Shown: in pieces, positions 33,674 to 48,047 of the stretch
Position numbering within the stretch: the first letter of the stretch is position 1
How the letters are laid out: the number at the start of each line of letters is the position of its first letter
Assembly (NCBI RefSeq): GCF_028641065.1
Contig: NC_073382.1
Coordinates: 14,632,001 to 14,696,000 of the forward strand
Direction: 5' to 3'
From: Leucoraja erinacea
Lineage: Eukaryota
Length of the DNA stretch: 64,000 nucleotides
Program-made: the position numbers and the translations under genes
Notes under the pieces: model-generated
Seen by the model: only the letters and a program-made list of their open reading frames with translations
Told to the model about the DNA's origin: nothing
Databases searched by the model: none

Positions 33674-36600
33674 AATATAACCAATGAACTGGCCTCAACT
33701 ACCTTTTGTGGCAGAGAGTTCCAGAGATTCACCACTCTCTGTGTGAAAAATGTTTTTCTCATCTCGGTCTTAAAGGATTTCCCCTCTATCCTTAAGCTGT
33801 GACCCCTTGTCCTGGACTTCCCCAACATCGGGAACAATCTTCCTGCATCTAGCCTGTCCAACCCCTTAAGAATTTTGTAAGTTCCTATAAGATCCCCCCT
33901 CAATCTCCTAAATTCTAGCGAGTACAAGCCGAGTCTATCCAGTCTTTCTTCATATGAAAGTCCTGACATCCCAGGAATCAGTCTGGTGAACCTTCTCTGC
34001 ACTCCCACTATGGCAATAATGTCCTTCCTCAGATTTGGAGACCAAAACTGTACGCAATACTCCAGGTGTGGTCTCACCAAGACCCTGTACAACTGCAGTA
34101 GAACCTCCCTGCTCCTATACTCAAATCCTTTTGCTATGAATTCTAACATACCATTCACTTTCTTCACTGAAGGCAGCTGAGAGATGAGTGTGTGGCCAGG
34201 ATGGGTGGGTCCTTGATGATGCTGGGGCAGTCTTTTTGAGGCAGCGACTGCGATAGATCCCCTCGATGGTAGGGAGGTCAGAGCCAATGATGGACTGGGC
34301 AGTGTTTACAACTTTTTGCAGCCTTTTCCGCTCCTGGACCCCCAGGTTGCCGTACCAAGCCACGATGCAACCGGTCAGCATGCTCTCTACTGTGCACCTG
34401 TAGAAGTTTGAGAGAGTCCTCCTTGACAAACCGACTCTCCATAATCGTCTCAGGAAGTAGAGGCGCTGATGTGCTTTCTTTATGATTGCATCAGTGTTCT
34501 GCGACCAGGAGAGATCTTCGGAAATATGCACGCCCAGGAATTTGAAGTTCTTGACCCTTTCCACCATTCTACCCCTTCCAAAGTCCACAATAAGTGCCTT
34601 GGTTTTGCTGGTGTTGAGAGCCAGGTTATTGTGCTGACACTATTTGGTCAATCGGTCAATCTCATTTCTATACTCTGACTCATTCCCATCAGTGATACGT
34701 CCCACAATAGTGTGTCGTCGGCGAACTTGATGATGGAGTCTGCACTATGTCCGGCTACGCAGTCATGAGTATAGAGTGAGTACAGCAGAGGGCTGAGCAC
34801 GCAGCCTTGAGGTGCTCCCGTGCTGATTGTTATCGAGGATGACACATTTCCACCAATATGGACAGACTGTGGTCTGTGAATGAGGAAGTCGAGGATCCAA
34901 TTGCAGAGGGATGTGCAGAGACCCAGATCTGAGAGCTTGGTAACCAGCTTGGAGGGGATGATGGTATTAAATGCCAAGCTGTAGTCATTGAATAACAGTC
35001 TGGTATATGAGTTTTTGATGTCCAAGTGGTCCAGAGCGGAGTGGAGAGCCAGTGAGATTGCATCCACCGTTGATTTGTTGTGGCGGTAAGTGGGTCCAGG
35101 TTTTGTTGAGGTATGAGTTGATTTGCACCATAATCAACCTCTCCAAGCAATTCATCACCACAGACATTAGTGCCACTGGTCGATAGTCATTGAGGCACGT
35201 CACCTTGCTCTTCTTGGGCACAGGTATTGTTGATGCCCTTTTAAAGCAGGTGGGGACCTCAGACCTCAGAAGTGAGAGGTTGAAAATGTCCGTAAAAACT
35301 CCAGCCAGTTGGTCCGCACAGGTTTTTAAAACAAGCCCGGGTATACCAACAGGTCCAGGCATTTTTCCAAGCATTCACCCCTCTGAAGGATCCTATGACG
35401 TCGGCCTCTGTGAACGTAATGCCATCAAGGCGAATGGGAGCTTGGGAAGGCACACCAGTGTTCTCCCTATCAAAGCGTGCGTAAAATGCATTGAGCTCGT
35501 CAGGGAGATTTAGTCCCTCTTAGGGGCCAGACTAGGCAATTTTTCATCCAAAAAAATGTAAGTGCATTACATCTCAAATATAAAAGTCCGCGACCACCAC
35601 TGAGAAAGATTAAGAAAATAATTGGAATATTGCAACAATTTTTGTTGATCTTGGTCTGCACTGGAATTAGTCATTGTGTATGTGTAAGAGTCAGAACAAG
35701 TCTCAACATACTGAGCGAACACATGATACAACAAGGCTATGTCAACTTAACCTTATCGAAAGGAACATTGCATGGCAATGCGCTGAAAGAAAGAAAATCC
35801 TGCTGCTGTTCTACAAGCCTGAGGACAATGGAGCAAAATATTCTATAAGCTATTGTCATCCTTAAGTTATAGGGTCATACAGCATGGAAGCGGGGCCCAT
35901 CAGCGGAACTAGAACACGCCATTCAAGATGTCCTAACTACACTAGCCCCACCTAGCTTTTGGTAATATCTTTCTAATCCTTTCCTATACATGTACCTGTC
36001 CAAATGTATTTTAAATGTTGTGATAGTACCTGCCTCAATATTCTGGCAGATCATTCCATATTCCCTTTATGTGAAACGCTCCTCGGGTTCCTACTAAACC
36101 ACCCCCACCTTCACCTTAACACTATGGTTCTTGATTCCCTTACTCTGGATAAAATATTCTGTGCATTTACCTTATCTATTCTCTTCATGATCGAATACTC
36201 ATCCATAGGATCACCCCTCATCTTCCTGTGCTCCTAGGAATAGTGTCCTAGCCTGTTTATCCTCTAGCCTCAGCACCATCTACAAGATGCATTGTTACAA
36301 CATGACAATCCTCTCTGCACCACTTCTTTCAACTTTTTTCACTTGAAAGGACAACAGGTGCTGCTACCACCTGTAGGTTTGCCTCCTTGTCACACATTGT
36401 TCAGAATATGAAGTATATTGCATTCCTTCACTACTGCTGAGTCAAAATGAAAGCACTCCACATCTAACTGCATTGTGGGCTTTCCCTCGTCATGTGTGTT
36501 GCAATGACTTACGGGTCAATTAGCATTAATCATTAATGAAACCTTGTTATTGGCACTCAAGCCCTGCAAATTAATAAAACCTTTTATTGACAGCTCAAGT

Positions 36601-39180
36601 GCAAATCAGTTAACAATCATGTGTACAAACATATTGAAATACTGACATTAAAAAAAAAAATCCAATCTTCATATCTCTTAATCCACTTTATATTTCCTTA
36701 TCTACCACTACCCATATATTTTGCCTTGGCCACCATTCCTGATGACACATCATCTCATCTGCTCTCTGTAACACAGATGTCCCTTGCTTTATGCTTTTTT
36801 TAGCTTCCCTAAAATAAAATGGATTCTTATATTTTCTCCAATTGCAGTGACAGACCATCAACAATAATTAACTCTCTTTCTTCCTCCATATATGCTGATT
36901 GACGTTGAGTATTTCCTGAATTTTCTGATTTTCTTCCAATATTTTCTTCCAATACCATTATTGCATCGTATTGTGTTTGAACTAACATTGTTATGTAGCT
37001 ACACTTTTCAAACAACAGTGGTGATCTAATTTAGACTTCAGCCACAAACCTTAACATATTTCACAATGCCACGTGAAATCCGAAAATAAATGCACCATTT
37101 TATCCAGGCCAAAAATCCATATCCATTTATACAAATTCTAGAATGCAGCATTAGTCTGTTGATGGGCATTCACAAAAGCTGGTGAGTATGTGGAACACTC
37201 TGCCAGAGGAAGTAGTTAGGGCAGGTACAAATACAACTTTTAAAAGACATTTGGACAGGGACATGGATAGAAAAAGTTCAGAGTGATATGGGCCAAGTGC
37301 AGGCAAATGGGATGAGCACGGACAAGTTGGACTGAAGGGCCTACCTCGGTGCTGTATTCCTCTGTGAATCCATGACCAATGTGATATCCATCAAATTGTC
37401 AAACAGAAAATCTGTCTTTTTCTAGATGTCACACGTACAAATGTCTTCAAGAGGGCTAATAATTACTATTTGTGCTGTCAATTTAAAGAAAGCAATCACA
37501 TAAAGGAAATGTCTGGCACAGAAGAAGGCTATTCGGCCCGGATATTGCACGCTTGGATTCATTCTCCCTACAAGTCTCTTCTCATCTAAATTCAACTCGC
37601 CTTCTTCCTCCCTATTGTTGTTTTCGCTTCCCCCTAAATGTATTTGTGTTTTTTGTCGCATGTTATTTGTTACAGCGAGTTCTGGGTTTATCACAATCAA
37701 TGACCCGTAACTAAAAGTGCCAGTTATCCCTAATGTACTCGAGGTAGAAGCACTACAACTGAACAAAACAACAACAAAACAGTCAATTCCTTAATGCGGC
37801 ATTTTGCGGTTTTATGATAATAATTGATAATACTTAAGTGTTGAAAGCAGATTACATAATAAACATAAAAGACGAATATTTTTAAATACTGAATATTTCT
37901 CTTGCAGCGCCTCCTTTGCCTTGGGGGTAAATACGATCTAAAAAACTGCGGTGGGGATTGGAGAGAAGGCGAGCTCTTAAGCCAGCAAACCACGCCAGTC
38001 GTTTTTTATTTAATTTCCGTCAGTTTTGTTTTCCTTTTCGTGTCGTGTTGAGATCTGGATCCACGGAAGTCCCCGATGATTTCGGTGATCCCAGCTATTC
38101 GGTTTGACCCGATGTGAAATAAAATTCGGTTTTACACTAAACTAGAAAGCAGCTTCATTATTAAAACGTAGTTCTATAGTCGAACAGTCTGCCGTGAAGT
38201 ATTGAACGTCACACTCAATGGCAATTGTACAAAAGTACTGGATTGCAAATAATCTTATAGCTGCGCTGTGAATCACCCTTCTCGCGCTGCAAGCTGTACA
38301 AATAGCAGGTTCTATTATGAAAACTCTTTTTACTGCTTAATACATTTGGTTTAAATCCCTGCACTGTTCTCTGAAGTTAAAAAAAAAAAAAAGAAAAGAA
38401 AATAGAGAAAATGAGCTTGCGGTTAAGTATAGAATTGTTCTATTAATTCTCCAATATTGATTAAATGCGATAACATCAGCAATTCCTGTTTCGATAATGT
38501 GGAATATATATTCTCTGTTTCGGCGTGGAAAATACATTATTTGCAGAAAACAGGAGGAGTTAGCTTTACAAATTCAAGTCCGACAATATGTTTCTAGATT
38601 AGAACTGACATGGGAAAGAAAATTAGGAAGATGTGTATAATATGATTTACTGGGACCGATATGGTTCTCGTAACAAGCATGTATTTGAATGCGGCTTGGT
38701 CGTCTATTTGTGAAGAATGCGATCTCGTATATCCAGATTTAGACAAGCAAAGCAAGGCGAAAAGAATTAAACTCTCTTTTTCAAAAATCGACACTGTGAG
38801 TTTGCCTGGTTACTGAAGCAAAGAAAAAAAGCGTTATGCCCACACCTTTCCAGTTTATTTCTGGCCCGGAGTTTTTCCAACACCAATCATCAAATACAAT
38901 GAAAGCTCGGCCGGAGAATGACCGAGACATTACTGGAAATAATAGCCATACAAAGCAACTGAGCGGGGGTTGCCGCTAAAGTCTGTCATCTGAAATCGCA
39001 GTTCGGCAGTCCACTTAAATCCATGTGGACGTTTTGGCACACAAAAAAAAGGAACTCTCAAGAACAAAACAAAAAGAAAGTACACATTATCAGACAGATC
39101 ATTAAAATAGTCTTCTTTCCTCGGCTAAATTTAGAAAACCATCTCACATTTCTTACATAGAAAGGATACCGTTCTAATAT

Positions 39181-39308
39181 GTGTAAGAAGGAACTGCATA
39201 TGCTGACTTAAAACGAAGATAGACACAAAAAGCTGGAGTAACTCAGCGGAACAGGCAGCATCTCTGGAGAGATGAAATGGGTAACGTTTCGGATCGAGAC
39301 CCTTCTTA
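39181..39308 (-). mobile_element. Isolated Penelope terminal-repeat fragment
   Basis: Near-identical to 16204-16330. Confidence 0.8.
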
Positions 39309-42300
39309 TAACAATTACTTTAAAAGCATGTATTTGGGCACCAAGATCGATGAACAGCATATTGCACGGATTTCCAATAAATATGTTAACCAGAGTAAAG
39401 TCCGGCGCGTGAGATAATGCGTATTACAGATAAATAAATTGCATTAACGAGCTTGCTTGCTCTCCGGCATTTATTTGCAATAAGTCTTTGTCTAAGGGGG
39501 TGCTTGATTCTTGTTTCGAACAGTCAAAGCCAGCCACACACATTGCCGCAACGGAACTTGTTGATTGTCATTTATTTCGCGCTTGTTTTCAAGACTGACC
39601 ATTGACCATCCCGCCCCATTCCGAAACAATAACAATTTTAGACAGTTTAACTGAACAAAAAACTATTTTAAAAAACCCCAAAGGATTCGAAAGATGGATT
39701 TACAGTGTCAAGAGATATGAGCAAATAATAAACACATTTTAGCAACTGCTACAGAGCCATTAGATGAAACTATATGCTCTTGTTAGTTATTGTCGATTTG
39801 ATTTCAATTCGAATAAAATATGACATCGTTCTTTAAATTCTCCTGGCAATATCTTTGTTGTGGAACGAGTTCATCATAAGACCGTTAATGTTCTAAACGT
39901 CGGAGATTTTCCAGTGAACTTTGTATGTATCCCGCGTGAAGGAAACTGGCGGTTTCACTTTACACTATGTTAAGGAGATCAGATAATATATTATTGGAGA
40001 AAAGTAAGGTGATCCTCATTTTTTGCAAATGTGTCTATCGTGTTAAAATGTGAACCACAGCGTGGCCATCAGTGATAAACTCAGTTGTGCGCCTGAGAAT
40101 AGTCTGAAGCATTAAAAACTCAATCGCCAGAATCCGTTCATGATTCTTGTGTTAGAATCATAGTCGGCAAACAATGGCATCCAAATTGTGATTCAGATTT
40201 CATTTAATTTCGCGTCGTCGCATTCACCAAATGAAAATGTCCCGTGGTCTGACAAATATAATCGGCAAACATAGTTTTCGCTTTGCAATGGCAATTCGGG
40301 CATGGCGGGGTTCTCGCCTTTTCTATGCCAGTTCGCCGAGAGCAGACTGCGAGAAACTTCAGCCCGAAACTATGTAACCATCCTGACTAATTCACCTTAT
40401 TATGAAATGCTGGTGCACCGGAGTGCTTGCTCTCAGAGATCCAATGTCAAGTTAATTTGGAAGCGGAGCGATTTCCCACCACCAGGCTTTGTAACTTGAG
40501 TGAATCGCGGGAAATACTGTCTAGTAACCTGTACATTTGTCAATTGAATAACTGTACTTACGTCTGATTAAGAAAAACGCAATGTGCTGGTTATTCATAA
40601 AATATATTATCAACTACAAAATCTGTGTCAATTTCTGCTATTTACGCTGTCAATTTCACTCACTTAAAGGCACGAGCTCGAACGCTGCAAATATAATTGC
40701 CGTCAAACTACAGATAATTGTAACCGAAACAGGGAATGTGCAACGTTTAAATCTATGAACAAAGTTCCTTACTTTCAAAACAGTGCGACATGGTCAGTGT
40801 AAGTAAACACCTTTGTTCAAAATGAAACGAAGCGCAGGATAGCATCAACGTCAAAGAAAAGCAATCGACCTGTTGCACAGGCAATTACTTTTTGTCATCG
40901 CTAAATATCTATCTATACCTTTATACGTGTAACAACTTATAACAACATATAATCAAATGCCTGGATGGAACGAGAATTCCCAGACGGGTGTCGGGTTAGT
41001 GTTCTGTGCACCTGATACTTTGACTTGGGCGTCAAGTGTTGAACGATCCACGGATTTTAAAATATGTAGTTTACTGTATGATTTTCGAGAAAAAATAGTA
41101 GAAATCCGAGCCACCCTCCACAAAGGATTATTCTGGACTTAATATAATTGGATAATTAAATCTGCTCTGACATTAAAAATCATCAGAATCTCCTCAACCT
41201 CCGGTCATATCGCCCTTTTTCTATCTTGTATCAATATCATAACAGCTTGTGTCAGGAGTGAGCAGATAGCTGGACACGGCGAGGGGTTGGCCTTTGACTC
41301 CTACTGTAGTCGGCAGATCATCATCATCATCACTATTTACTCAATCAACATTATTCTGACCGTTTTTCATCTTCATAATCATCCTTGCTTTTTCCCGCAT
41401 CTCCGGTGTCAACGGGAGTTTATTTTAAACCTCCTTCAACAATCGAAAGATTTTCTTAATTCACACCATCGACCCAGGGTAATACCTTTTTGCGACGAAC
41501 CTTTGTCACATTTTAATTAACGAGTGGCGATTGCATAATAGAGTAGTCAAAGAGATTAATTTATTTTCCAAGGAAAATAATTTGTACGCTAACGAACACA
41601 AGCTTGTGATCATTTTAATTGGTGGAACTTCAGTAACCAAATTGCTCCCACTCTCACACTTTGATCGACACAAGTGTACATAGTAAGCCATTAATGTAAA
41701 ACAGAATGAACCGTCGCTAATCCTGTAATAAATGCAGTCATTAGCTTATTATTAATTTTACTCGTGGGTAAATACGTGGAAAACTGGAAATATGAATGAG
41801 CAATATAATTTGAATATTGCCCTCTAAGCTTGCAGGAACGCTAGAATAGCTGAAATATTAAAAGTTATATCCAGAGTTATAACATTACTCCACATCCTAC
41901 CAATACAACGTTATATTGATTCGTACCTAGTCAATCCCTAAAGAACAGTTAAATATAATAGTGGGCGGTTTAATTTGGATTAATACTTGCAATTTACTTC
42001 CAATATTAATACATAATACTTTGTAATTATATTTCCTCGTGTGCGTGTAAATAAGAGATATACAATGTCAATCTTTCCCATGTATATTATCGAGTTCTTC
42101 ATTGTATGACTCTGGGCTGCTTTGCGCAGGTGATGAAAACTGTCGCGGTTGGCAATCTAGGGACATTCCAAATCACTACACGATTCCTTCCCTTTGCTGA
42201 CCTTTTATATAACTTTATTATGCGAAATTATGCTTTACTACTCATTGGCCTCCCGTTTAACGAACATATAAAAAACATTGTATTGGATAACAAAACTTGA

Positions 42301-44302
42301 TCGATAGTCAGAAAATAACGCGCACATTGCGTTGATTGGCATTTGATAAGTACACCAATGTTAAAGATATTTTTTCAAAATATAGATTTGTTGAGCGTCT
42401 TTAGAATCCCATCCTTTGAAATGCCCGTTTGGTGTATGTACCTCAAGCTGATTCATTGTCGAATGCAAATATATCTAACCGTATCTAAGATATAAACAAA
42501 GCCACTTCAATCCACCTCATCAATTGTGGCTCTTAATGTAACGTTAACCCAATATGGTTAATCATTAATAGCAGGGTCAATTGAATTATTTCTTAAAATT
42601 GCCTTATAACTTTGAAACGTACCATAAAATCTGCCGATTTGAGAGCCACAATTGAATGTTTATTAGGGTAGCTTTATAATTTATGAGCTGCCATTTCGAT
42701 TGACAGGAACTCGCCATATCCCTCTGTAATTATCAATACAGCAGTCACTCTGCCCTCAGGTGGGTCTCTATCGGTAATTTATAGACCATTTAATGATCTC
42801 TTTATAAGATTATATTGTAACGTTGTTTCAGCGTTATCATCACTAGTGATATTGGACTGTGAGAACCACACATTGTAGTTTCAGACACCTTGTTCCCTTG
42901 AAAGCCCCGATTATCCGATTTCAAAATCTATTCCCTTCCAAAATCTTTGTAACCTCTGCATATTTAAACAATAAAAGTTAGTTCACCGATAAGCATGTCC
43001 CAGTTTAATAGCTTTCGCGTAATTGAAAACTATTGACATTTCCGCGTTATTCTGAGTTGTATCACATTTACAGTCGCTTTTAAGATTCAATTTTACGTCT
43101 CAATTTGTCTTCGTGTCGGTCCCAATATACATTTTGCCAATAAATAACGCGGTCAGGATTTCCGTCTGCGCTTTTAGCCAAATCCTGTCACTAGACATCG
43201 AAGCAAACCGAACAAAAAGCTACATAAATTTCCCAGCAAGTTGATCTTGGCATAAACTCTTGATATTTATTTGATGGTGTAGGAAGGTGTGACGTGGAAG
43301 CATTTAGTGTGTAACGTTGCTACCTAACTAACCTGTAGTGGAGCCTCACCAGCCGCTTGCTAACGGAAATGCTCCAAACGCAACGTACATTGTACAGAAA
43401 ATAGAGGAGCGGTGAGACGGAACAACTCTGTTTAAACGTGTGACATGCAACTCCAAATGTAAACAATGAACGCGAATAGCCCCGAGTGAGGTAAAGTCAA
43501 GTTCAAGTGCCTCCGATCAAACCCTCGTTTGTCTTGGCTTGTGGTCTTGTTCACTCAAACAAGTCCTTGTTTATTTTCGCTCCCCAAATCTACCACATCA
43601 AGTTTCTGTGCTCTCAAAGAATTAAAAAAAAAGGGTTATTTGTTTTGTTCTGCTTTTCAGACTTACAGAAATGATTTTCAAACCTGACGTATAATATATT
43701 CTCTGCCCGTGGGCAATCCACATTGCTGGCTGCGAGGGGAGAAACTGCTTGCTGTGTGTTTTATGCGATTGTGCTCGTTTGAAGGACAGGGCGGAAGTTG
43801 GACGTGTTTGAACTTACTTTCCTTCGGTCGTCGCCGTCAGTCTGAGAGCGTAAACAAGAATCCGCAAGGTTGGTTGTTTTGTTTCGCCGCCAAATGTGCG
43901 CCCGTGTAATTGAAAAAAGGGAAACGCGGGTAGCATTTCCACTTTTTAATATGTATCATAAACTGTTCCACAGCTCCTGCTCCTGATCGTTTTTTTTGTC
44001 CGAATTCGAAAGCGTATGGAAATAAATCCCACATTTTCCTCTCAGACTATGTAACAAGTAGCAGATGCGCCGTTTAATCGGATTTTATAGTGAATACATA
44101 ACCTCCCCCATGCCAGTAACCTAAACTCAAATCTCAGCCCATTCCTTGCCGTCAGCCAACATGGAAACGAAAACACTTCTTACACGTGTCTGGTTTTGTA
44201 ACTGGGCGATAATGAATTCCACCTCTATTTCCATCCATTCTTATGTTTTAACAATTCCATATGCAGGAACTAATTAACAGTGGCTGAATCCCGCCCCCGC
44301 GT

Positions 44303-44309
<7 letters not shown>

Positions 44310-44348
<39 letters not shown>
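44310..44348. repeat. (CT)n microsatellite
   Basis: Directly visible. Confidence 0.95.
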
Positions 44349-44352
<4 letters not shown>

Positions 44353-44781
44353 GATTACAAACCAATCCCAACGTTGTATACAATTTGACATTACTAACTT
44401 GTTTTCAAACCCATGTTTCAGACCAAAACAACCGTCCAAAATAAAACATCCGATAATTCATTAAATCGCCAATTCCCGCTGTGAAAGAAAATGTTTACTC
44501 GGGTGGGTAACAGGTAAATTAAATAAAAATGAAATAAATGAAATCTGCCTGAGGTGCTGAAGGTAAGTTGGTTCACCATTCTGTGTGTTTGCATGGACTT
44601 TAAGGAAACTGCTGATGGTTCACACTGACAACTCCCCCCCCAAATCTATTATAAATTATATGGAACAGCATTCAGAGAAGTGGCTGAGTAGAATTCCAGC
44701 AAATGGAACAGAGACCAAAAGCAGCGAGGAATTAAGAGGGCCTAAAATAATAACGATATCAGCGATTACACCTGAACACGT

Positions 44782-44787
44782 TTTATT
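44782..44787 (-). terminator. Candidate ZIC2 polyadenylation signal AATAAA
   Basis: AATAAA followed by 'cgtgttcaggtgt', about 870 nt after the stop codon, at the end of an AU-rich 3' UTR. The UTR also has a Pumilio-type TGTAAATA at 45006-45013. Confidence 0.45.
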
Positions 44788-45652
44788 ATACCTTTGTATG
44801 CTGTTAATGATCTCAGGACATCACACAAGAAGAGGGGAACGTTGCTTTATCTAGAAATTAAAACGGGAACAATCTGAACAATCTGATGTTTACCTCACAA
44901 TTGTACATATTTATAGTTAAGAAACATTCTTTATAAATATTGTTTCATCTGTAACAAGTTAATACCATAATTTAATTACAACTGGGATAAATATGGTAAG
45001 GCGGCTATTTACAGAATGGGTATCGTTGTTACAAAAATTAACAGCACGACTTTTTCACAATCTTCCAATAGTATTTCACAATTTAAACTTGCAAAGCACA
45101 AAACATCACAAGATAAAAACTCAGCTAACAGAAGAAATACATTCACAAGCAATTAATCGTGTTCTTTATGTGTATTTGTGAACTGTAACTTGACTTTGGC
45201 ACAGTTTCCATTCTATATGATTGGATGAAGATTTTACAATCGGTCTCCCTGCAAAGGGCGACAACTTTCAGCATTAAAATACAAGGAAATCATTCTCTCT
45301 GTACGTTTGTGCTTCCATTATGTCCAATTTGGGAAGCCTTGTCATCTCAAGGAAGAAATCACTAGCTGTGAAAGAACACTCAGTCTCAAAGATCCCAAAT
45401 CCAGTTCAGCAGACAGTCAAAGCTTCTTTTGCACAGAGTTGTAAAAGTGGCCTAAATATTTGTTCCGTGAGACATAAATAAAATTTGATCTTAATTTCTG
45501 CAAAATCACTGCAACTCGGTATTGCTGGTATGGGGGGTTTATTTCGTTCTCAGTTTTTCATTAACGCAGACTGCAGATAAAGCTGTTTGATCTATTTTCA
45601 AGTTTAGAGACGGAGGTGACGATCTTCCACGTTTGGGGCCTTTGGTCTTTTT

Positions 45653-46301
<649 letters not shown>

Positions 46302-48047
46302 TCATATTATCAATCATCATCATATTATGATCTGCCCTGACATTTTGTAATTGCAGGCAAGATACAACTAAAATATTTCAAATGAAACATCCCCAATTGG
46401 AAAGACTGTGCGGAAATGTGCTTGACAAAAATGATTCGCCTTTGGGTTTGAATGATGTTATTATGCGGCCACTTGGTTTACATTGGCCGGGTTCATTTCT
46501 CGAAATGTGAAGCCACGATTAGAAGGTTCCCAGCTGATTGTAACGTTGGACCTCGCACTAACGCAGTGGCAGACTGGAGATAAATAATCTATTTGGACTT
46601 TCAGAATGAACATGTGTATTAAATGCATCTACTCGAATGAATTTTTGAAATTAAATATACCAAATAAAATGGTCAGTGGTTTTATCAACCAATATATCCC
46701 TCCCCTCCAAGTCACCGCTGTGTAGAAACGTGTTTTTAATAAAGTCCTAACCCATTTGCTTATGTTTAAGGGGAATACACTTTCTTTTTTTTAAATAGTC
46801 ATTGCAACTAGGGATCGAAAATCACCCTTCTGAACTTTTGTTTATCGACAATTCCTGGGCGGCGGAACCAAGAGGTGTGAATCACTCAGAAGTATTGCTA
46901 AACGCGGAGGAACAATGCAACATTACATTTATTAGCATTTAAATGGTTTTCGAGAGATATGCAAACCGCCTTGAAATCGGAAGGATTGCTACTCCAAGGA
47001 AATAAATTTCCCAGTTGAAATCCAAGCTAAAGACACGTCTAGCACATATGATTAACCGTACACTTGAGCGAACAATAGGCCCACATCCTTCCACCACTCT
47101 GGATCAAGTCATTATAGAGCATGTTTATTTTAAATAACTTATTAATTAATTACCGCTTTTGTTTATCTCTCTCTCCCTTTTGAAGAACCAACGATTTAGA
47201 AAAATAAAAACATGATTGAAAATAATGAATGGCGCGCGATGGAGAATGGAAGAATTCCTCAGCTGCCTCGTTTCACACACAACAACTTACTCTTTCTCTG
47301 TCCTTACATTGCATGTTGACCTATATTCAAAGTTTATGGTGCAAACACAGGCCACTACTGATGACATAATTCCATACGCTGGAGAGAAATATTATGCAAT
47401 GCGACATAATTTGCAAGTCATACATGCCGTCTCCAGAAGACTTTCCTGCTTCCTACCCGTTATATCTTTATGCATTTTAAATCTGTGACCCAAGGCAAAA
47501 ACCCTAATCTTAATCTTAAAATGTTTTCATGTGTTTTTTTATAGGCTAGGGACCTGTAATTCATTCGCTTTCTGGATGAAATGCACTGCCCAGAATTTGT
47601 GAAATGTTGTTTTCCTGAGAATCAGAACAGCAGGAATTTTACTCATGTTAGATTTTTTTAAACATAAGCGATTGAAGTGATTTACTTTTAAAACGTGTCA
47701 GATATTTTACGTCGGTTATTATTTTACTGAACTTTCACAATTTAAAAAAAATCTGGAATTAAAACTATTGCTCGCATTGTTATAGGTTGCAGCAGCGAGA
47801 TTTTTCAAATGGTTTAGAAAGTTCAAAAAATAATAATTTAAAATTTCGAAACGCTATCAATTAAAAAATATATATTTTATGGTAACAGACACATTATGGT
47901 AGTGATTCTGTGAGCGGTTGAAATATCCGCTGAGAAGAGAATAGCCTGACTGGTGGGTAGCGAGGGAGGGACTGTCTCCTCCCGCGTTAACGTGGAGCGC
48001 GGAGCCGGCGTTTGTGGTGGGAGAGAGACTGAAAGTTTGGAACTTAC

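Larger units (their letters stand above)
30318..34166 (-). mobile_element. 5'-truncated CR1 inserted in the Rex1-like element; own sequence 30318-30496 and 33674-34166
   Basis: CR1 C-terminal ORF (33640-34287) and 3' UTR; flanked by ctgaa (30313-30317 / 34167-34171). Confidence 0.9.
30030..35510 (-). mobile_element. Rex1/Babar-like LINE (RT + 3' end), split by nested insertions; own sequence about 30030-30317 and 34167-35510
   Basis: ORFs 'LNDYRPVAL', '[20 protein letters not shown]...KFADDT' and 'FKFLGVHISEDLSW...KKAHQRLYFLRRL'. 'QLPS|GRRYMSLK' is rejoined across the insertion; (tcttgac)n-like tail. Confidence 0.85.
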
